Below, piece after piece: positions 31,278 through 37,891 of a DNA stretch of 37,891 bases. This stretch comes from Parvularia atlantis (taxonomy: Eukaryota): positions 1 through 37,891 of the forward strand of contig CALSCO010001254.1 of the NCBI GenBank assembly GCA_943704415.1. The letters are read 5' to 3'. The stretch's first letter is position 1; each line of letters starts with the position of its first letter. Position numbers and translations under genes: made by a program. Below the pieces are notes generated by a model, which searched no databases, was not told where the DNA came from, and was given only the letters and a program-made list of their open reading frames with translations.

Positions 31278-32847
31278 TCACTCGTCCGAGGACGAACGCC
31301 GCAGCGAGTCGGTGCTGGCCTCGCCGCGTGCGGCCACGGCCGGCGTGCGCCCCAGCACCTCGTGCATCAGCGGCGGCAGCCCGTCGATCGCGTGCATCCG
31401 GCGGAACAGGCGCTGGCAACGACACGCGCGATCAGCCCGACAGCTCATGACACGCGCGCGCGCGCGCGCGCACACACACCTCGGCGTCCTCGAGCGTGCG
31501 CTGCAGCGGCACAGTCATCGCCAGGTCGTTGATGTACTTGAGCGTCTCGTCAAACTCAAGCTGTCTGCGAGCACGCCGCTGTGAGCCTCGAGCGCGCACA
31601 CACCGGCGGCCACGCACTGCGCCAGCATCGCGTCGCGGTTCTGCTCGAGGATCGCCACGGCCACAAAGACGTGGTAGTGCGGCGTCCAGAACTGCGTCCA
31701 CAGGCGCTGCGGGTGCGCAGTGCGTCTGTCAGCGGAGGGGCACGGCTCGCGCGCGGCAAGCAGGGCGCACCTCCCACAGCGCCATCACGTCGCCAAACGC
31801 AAACTCGCGCTTGAACAGGATAAGGATCCAGCGGTAGCAGAAAAGCATACTCTGGCTGTCCTTGCTCTCTGCGGCGCGTGCGCGCGCGTCAGGTGCACCA
31901 GCACACAAGCACGATCGGACGCGCCGCACCGAAGAAGCGGAACAGCTCCGGGTCGGCCACGCGGGTCAGCGCCGTCAGCCGCGCGAGCTGCTGGTGGATC
32001 CCGTGCTGGTCCTTGTCAAAGTGGTGCCGCTGCGCGTGCACCGGGTTAGAGGGCGAGCGTCCAGAGCGCGCACGGACGCACCATCGTCTCCATCCAGCTC
32101 GCAAAGCACCAGAACGCGTCAACCTCATCCTGCATGACCACGAGGATTGGCGCGAGCAGGTCCGACATGCCCTGGACGTAGCCTTCGCCATGCGCTTGCG
32201 GTCAGCTTGACCCGGCAACGGAACGCGCCGCGCACCAAGGTCAAAGTTGTAGAACGCGTACGACAGCAGGATGTCGCGCAGCATCTCGAGCCCGTGCCCG
32301 TCGTCGTCCGCAAACATCGGCACCTCGCGGTCCGTCCGCACCACGTCCTTTTCTGCGCGGCCCTACCGTCAGCACCTCCGAAAGGCGCGCGCACGCTGAC
32401 GCACCGATGCGGTGCCGCCGGTCGCGGTACTTGCCGAAGAAACGCTCCTGCTCGGGCGAGATGCTCTGCCACTGGCGCTTGAGCGTGTGGTACATCGTAC
32501 GCCGCGACGCCAGCAGCTCGGCCTGCTGCTCGGTCGTGGCCGAGAACGGCAGGTAGCCCAGCAGGTACTTCCACACGACCGGGCGCAGCTCGGACTCGAC
32601 GCCGCCGTGGAAGACAGTGCGCTTGAGCTCCTGCAGCCATGCGAGGTGAGGCTGGCGGCAAGATCAGGCGCGCCGCACCTCCTCGTGCGCCACCGAGCCG
32701 TCGGCTTGGCGAAAGTACGTCTCAAAGCGCTCGCGCATGAGCGGCGTCCGGTCCGTCTCGAAGAGCGACTGCGTGGCCGTCGCCTCACGCTGCAGCGTCT
32801 CGTCGCTCGTCGTTGCGGACGGCGGCTGCGACGGCGACAGCGACGAT

Positions 32848-32890
<43 letters not shown>

Positions 32891-34201
32891 GAGACGCGGA
32901 CGGGAGAATGTCGACAATCTCAAAGCCGTCAATGTGCGGCCCCTCGCGCGTCGCCGCCACCGAGAGTCGCTCGTCTCGTCTCCGCTCTGCCCGCGCGGCC
33001 CTCAGCAACAGCCCACTCAAGCGCGGCACGCAACCCACCGCGTACCGTACTCGTCGAGGATGCGCTGCCGCTCCGGGTCGACCGGCCGCTGGCGCCGCCT
33101 CTGCATCAGCGCCTCGCTCGTCTGCCGTGCAAACCGCGTGACGTTCGACAGCTGCTCGAGCAGGTTCCACGCGCCCTCGCGCAGCGGCTGTTTCGGGTCA
33201 ACCGTACGCCTGATTGCGTTTCGCGACGGAACGCACCGAGCTCGGCCGCGAGCCCCGAGACTCGCGTGCCTCATGCAGCACGTGCGCCGAGCCCACGCCG
33301 AGCTCGGTCAGCGTGCGCTGCAGCGGATGCGACTGCGCGTCCGCTCGAGGGTGTCAGCACAGCCGCGACCGTGCAAAAGCCCGCGGCGCACCTGGTCATT
33401 CACGTGCAGCAGGTACGGGTCGCGAGCCGACCTGCACTTGCGGCGGTCAGTGCGCACACACGCAGGAGGGCAAGGGCGATTTAACGTGCCGCGTGAGCGT
33501 CGCGTAGCGATTGAGCGTCAGCACAAACTCCTTCAGCCCGCCGTCGTTGAAGTAAAAGTCCGGGTAGGTCACGCCCTCGCGCGTCGTGATGGCGAGCGTG
33601 GACACGCCTGCGCGCAGCACTCAGCCGAGCACAGGCGAGCACACCCGCGCACCGATCGTTGGCACGACGCGGCGGATCGAGCGCACATCGCGGACGCTGA
33701 GGGCCAGCGCGTACGTGTTGGCGACGCTGGGCGGCGCCTCGATGAGCCCCGTGCTGATCGCTGCGCACGTGCGTCGTGATTGAGTGTGGTGCATCCTCCA
33801 AGCCGCAGCCCGTGACGCACCGTACGTGCGCACGTCGCCCTGCGATGACGACGACGACTGCGCCGAGTCGAGCAGCGCCGACGTGCCAAGCAGCGACTGC
33901 GGCGACGCGGCCAGCTCGGCCGGCGGGAGCATGCTGCGGGGCGTCCAGTGCACCGCGCACGCGTCCAGTCCCTGCGTGCCTGCGTCATCACGCGTGCAAC
34001 AACAGCCGCCTGGCGTGCACACGCACGCTCTCGACGACGCTCAGGAAGCCCGTCACGGCCTCGCGCCCACCCGCCGCGTCCGGCTGGATTGACACGCCGC
34101 CCTTGCTGAACACGACGCGCTGCGCGTGCCGTCAGCCCCACAAGGCGCGCACAGCGAGCGAGGAGACGGACCCCCGCGCCGGTTGGTGACGTGTCGGCCA
34201 T
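31278..34201 (-). CDS. Rab GTPase-activating protein, TBC1D15/17 (Gyp7) family (spliced)
   Basis: RVVFSKGGV, PDFYFNDGG, VFHGGV..VWKYLLGY, KDVVRTDR, YNFDL|GYVQGMSDLLAP and LFCYRWILILFKREF. PolyQ at about 32849-32888. Confidence 0.92.
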
Positions 34202-34469
34202 CGGCCTGCCGCGTCGCACGTGCCACACGAGAACGCGCGTCAGCACACCAGGCATGCGGTGCACACGAAGAGCGCGCGCCACGCGCGACGCACGGCTGCG
34301 GCGACGGCTGCGAGGCGCGCGCGCGCGCGGCGTCCGGCTGCACAGTGCGCGTCATCGAGATTCGAGTGCATGACGCGCCGCCACGCCTGTCGCCTGGCTG
34401 CGAATGCGCGCCCGTTGCGAAGTTCCTGAACGCGCGGCACGCGTGCGGCACAGACGGTCAACGGGAGAC

Positions 34470-35701
34470 GATGGGCGAGTCGCGCACGGAGCTCGTCAAG
34501 TGGGTCAATGGCCTGCTCAAGGTCAGCTACACCAAGATCGAGGAGATGGGCACGGGTGCGTGACGTGCTCCAGCTGCGCATCAGCCGCTCGCGCTCACAC
34601 GTGCGCACACCAAAGGCGCCGCGTTCTGCCAGATCTTCGACTCGATCTACGGTTACGCGGCCTGCTGCGCCAGCCCGCCGGCTGACGCCATGCGCGCAGG
34701 CGACGTGCAGCTGCACAAGGTCAAGTTCGACACGAAGCAAGAGCACGAGTACGTCGCCAACTTCAAGGTGCTGCAGGACACGTTCACCAAGCACAAGATC
34801 GACAAGGCGCGTGCGCCGTGCTCATGCGTGTGCATGTGCCTGTGCTGACTGGCTGCGCGCGCACTCAGGCGATCCCCGTCGACCGCCTCGTCAAGTGCAA
34901 GATGCAGGACAACCTCGAGTTCACGCAGTGGGTCAAGAAGTACTGGGACGGCGCGCACCAGGTGTGCCAGCCGCCGCGCTCGTCGCCGATGCCCGCTCAT
35001 GTGCCGCGTCCAGTCCGACGAGTACGACGCGCTCGCCCGGCGCAAGGCTAAGGCGCCCGCGGCCGCCGCCTCGTCCGCCGCGCACGCGCCCATCCCTGCC
35101 GCCGCCCCTGCCGCCGTGCCTGCGCCGGCCAAGCCCACGACGATCGCGCCGCCGCGCACGACCGCCGTCGCCACACCGACCGCCCGCCGGCCCGCCGCCG
35201 CACCAGCGACGGTGGCACGCGCGAGCACGACGACGCGGCCGGCCGGCTCTGCGGCACCGGCGGCGGGCGGCAGCGCGGCGCTAGCCGAGGCGGAGGAGGT
35301 GCGTGCTGGCCCTACCTGGGCAGCGCTGCTGACGGTGTGCGCGAGCAGAAGGTGAAGCAGCTCGAGACGAACGTGACGGAGCTCAAGCTCACGGTCGACA
35401 GCCTTGAGAAGGCGAGTGCAACGCTTGATTCTGCCACCATGCGCTGCCGGCTGACGCGCAGCACGTGCGCAGGAGCGGGATTTTTACTTCAACAAGCTGC
35501 GCGACATCGAGGCGCTCGTGCAGGTGCGCAATGCATCGCAGCAAGCGCGTTGGCTCAAACGCACACTGCCTGCAGATCATCGAGGACACCAAACAGGAGG
35601 CGCCCACGCTCGTCGCTGACATCAAGAACATCCTCTACAGCGTGCAGGACGGCTTCGAGGTCCCTGCCGCGCCCGCAGAGGCCGTAGACGAGAGTTACTA
35701 G
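34470..35701 (+). CDS. MAPRE: EB1 microtubule plus-end binding protein (7 introns)
   Basis: MGESRTELVKWVN, YTKIEEMGTGAAFCQIFD, IPVDRLVKCKMQDNLEF, LEK|ERDFYFNKLRDIE, ILY and an acidic-aromatic tail DESY*. Confidence 0.96.
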
Positions 35702-35880
35702 TCGAGTGTTTGTGGGAGACGCGGTGGATCAGACACGCATCAGCTGTGGCAGCGCGCTCACCGTCTGCGCGCTGCGCGCACGCTGCGTGCCTCCTGTGCT
35801 CGTGCTGCGCCGCGCGGCAGCTGAATCAGCGCCGCTCACACCGCGCACACGTCAGCCGAACGCGCGCGCGATCGAGCACC

Positions 35881-37056
35881 ATGACCGCCGACGCGAGCGA
35901 CGAGGCCGTGCGCGAGGCCTTCGAGAAGCTGCAGGAGCTCGAGGACCAGGCCGTCAAGATCGGCGCGGAGCAGGTAAACCCCTCATGCGCACGCGCCGCG
36001 GCGGCGCGCTGAGACGGACCGCGCACGCAGGAGGCCGCCGAGCGGCGCCTCGTGTGGCAGTTCGAGAAGCGCCGCGTGGCAGAGCTGTACGAGCCGCGCC
36101 GCGCGGCGGTCAAGAGCATCCCGCACTTCTGGGCGACCGCGGTGCCGTCACGTCGCCCGCCTGCTGGAGCACTGCACCTGCTGACTGCGCGCCTCGTGAC
36201 GGACGCAGCTCCAGAACCACCCCGAGCTCGGCCAGCTGCTCGAGGCCGACGACGTCGATGCGCTGACCTTCCTCGACGCGATCGACATCAAGGCGCACGG
36301 CCAGCACGGCCTCGAGTCGTTCGAGATCAGCTTTGTGCGCGCCCTCGCCGTGGCGCACGCCGCCCGCTCACGCGCCGCGCAGACGTTCAAGTCGAACCCG
36401 TTCTTCAATAACGCCGTGCTCGCGAAGACTTTCAAGTTCAACGACGAGCGACGCATCGTCGACGCCACGGCCGTGCACATCAACTGGAAGGAGGGCAAGG
36501 TGCGCCAGCCCGCGTCCAGGCTGCCGCGGTGCGCCTCATACGCTCGCAGAGCCTCACCGCCCCGAGCGCCGACGCGGGCGGCAGCGGCGCCGACAAGAAG
36601 CGCAAGGTCGACAATGTAGACGCGTCGTCGTTCTTCAACTGGTGCGGCGGGCACGCACGGCAGCGCATCGGGCTGAGCAGCCCACCGCGCGCAGGTTCGA
36701 GGACCCCAACGTGCACACCAGCTCCGACATCGCCGCACTCATCTACGACGAGCTCTGGCCGCGCGCGTTCGACTTCTACAAGAACGACGTGCGCCTACAC
36801 CCCGACCTGCCGCGCCGTGCTGCGACTGAGCGGCGTGCGCCGCAGGTGCCTGAGACCGAGGTGGCCGAGCTGGACGACGACGACGTCGACGCCGAGGGCC
36901 AGGTGTACGAGGTGGTGCGTCTCGCAGGCGGCCACGGCCGCCGCTGCGTGCACGCTCACACTCTCGGATGCGCAGCACGACGGCGACGACGACGGCGACG
37001 ACGGCGAGGACGGCGCAGGCGGCGACGTCGGCGAGGACGGCGAGGACGACGCATGA
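35881..37056 (+). CDS. NAP/SET-family nucleosome assembly protein (spliced)
   Basis: LYEPRRAAVKSIPHFW, F.SNPFFNNAVLAKTF, INWKEGK, SSFFNWF, IYDELWP and an acidic tail. Confidence 0.92.
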
Positions 37057-37311
37057 GACGCAGCGCAGCGAATCGGATGTCGGCTGACTCTCGGTTGCCA
37101 CGCAACGCCATTCACAATTTGACCTTCGCGCTGCTTCTTCTCGACGCCGCCCTCGGCGCGCCCTCGCTCGCGGCGGGCCCACTCCACGCGCTGCGGCGCC
37201 GCGCGCACGTGCTTGTAGCGTCGCCGTGCACTGGGGCGACGCGCGCGACGCACAGCCAGAGCGTTTTCGCGGCGTCTGACACGTCTGACAAACAAGGTTG
37301 ACGGCCGCAGA

Positions 37312-37891
37312 ATGCGGTCCGCGGCTCTCGCAGCTGCGGCATTGCTGCTGGCCTTCGCGGCGTGCAGCACGCGCGCGGTCAACACCTGCGACAAGAGTAC
37401 GCGCGCGTATGCACGCCTCGCTTGTCGAAGCACTCATGCGACCTGTGACCGCCGCAGACCTCTTCGTCAACCCATCGTACTACGTCCCGGCCAACTGCAA
37501 CGGGTGCGCCCCCTCTCCCCCATCCTCCTTGCACCGCATGCTCACGCGCATCCCCCGTCCGCGCCACACGCAGCAACGCGTACACGTACACCTGCGGCGG
37601 CCGCGATGACGACTACGGCGCGTGCTGCGGCCCGACCTGCCCGCAGGTGATGCAGGACAGCGGCTACACCAACGCCAACAACGGCCGATGCACCAACAGC
37701 GTCAGCGGCAGTGCGTGCGCATCGCTGACGAAGTGTTGGGGCAATTTTCTGAGCCCGATGCGCCCAGAGTACTGCGGCTTCCCATGCTTCTGCAACTGCT
37801 CCTGCTGTGACAAGGACTACTGCTCGTGTTCGTTCACGGCCTATACCGGCTGTCAGTCGTGCAAGCAGGCCAATTGGTTCGGTCCGACGTG
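37312..37891 (+). CDS. Secreted or surface Cys-rich protein, possibly EGF-like (3' partial)
   Basis: Signal-like MRSAALAAAALLLAFAACSTRA. Spliced exons read GACCGPTC, YCGFPCFCNCSCCDKDYCSC and GCQSCKQANWFGPT. Confidence 0.7.

Noticed and set aside
33170..33275. Apparent GC donor (GAG|GCACGC) in the TBC gene
   Set aside because: A downstream GTGCGT donor with a GTTGAC..ACAG acceptor restores the frame, so it was not counted as GC-AG.
1..37891. Bacterial origin, pseudogenes or an alternative genetic code to explain frameshifts
   Set aside because: Every break examined is resolved by a GT/GC-AG intron with a branch motif. The genes are eukaryote-specific and TAA, TAG and TGA all act as stops.
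1..37891. Introner-type transposon origin of the many short introns
   Set aside because: By eye the introns share only splice signals, with no common body sequence, terminal inverted repeats or consistent target duplications. An all-versus-all alignment would be decisive.
1..37891. Functional gene cluster, or tRNA/rRNA genes
   Set aside because: Neighbouring genes have unrelated housekeeping roles. No RNA gene was recognisable and intergenic space is minimal.

Overview
Gene-dense, GC-rich eukaryotic nuclear DNA, not prokaryotic. The supplied ORF track is fragmented because nearly every gene is cut by short spliceosomal introns (mostly about 45-80 nt, donor GTGCG- or GCGCG-, branch point CTRAC/CTCAC-like, NAG acceptor). 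Manual splicing gives 21 protein-coding genes: MMAA/MeaB (partial), WD40 protein, APC4, eIF3K, DUF1295 membrane protein, NDUFAF4-like, an uncharacterised type I membrane protein, DTWD1-like, PTB, V-ATPase proteolipid (Vma11/c'-like), two tandem TRIM-NHL genes, dihydroxyacetone kinase, ATF2/Atf1-like bZIP, ankyrin protein, amino acid permease, tetraspanin, TBC1D15/Gyp7, EB1, NAP/SET and a secreted Cys-rich protein (partial). The mix of fungal-type and animal-type genes suggests a unicellular opisthokont, possibly a relative of fungi (inference). Most notable: (1) a 482-nt pyrimidine-rich intron in PTB with no AG before its acceptor and a branch-point/acceptor layout that could act as an autoregulatory frameshift switch; (2) a tetraspanin with a triplicated CCG extracellular module; (3) intergenic gaps of only 18-36 nt; (4) at least 10 GC-AG introns; (5) a Vma11-like proteolipid alongside RING-B-box-NHL genes. 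All family calls are from motif recognition, with no database search.
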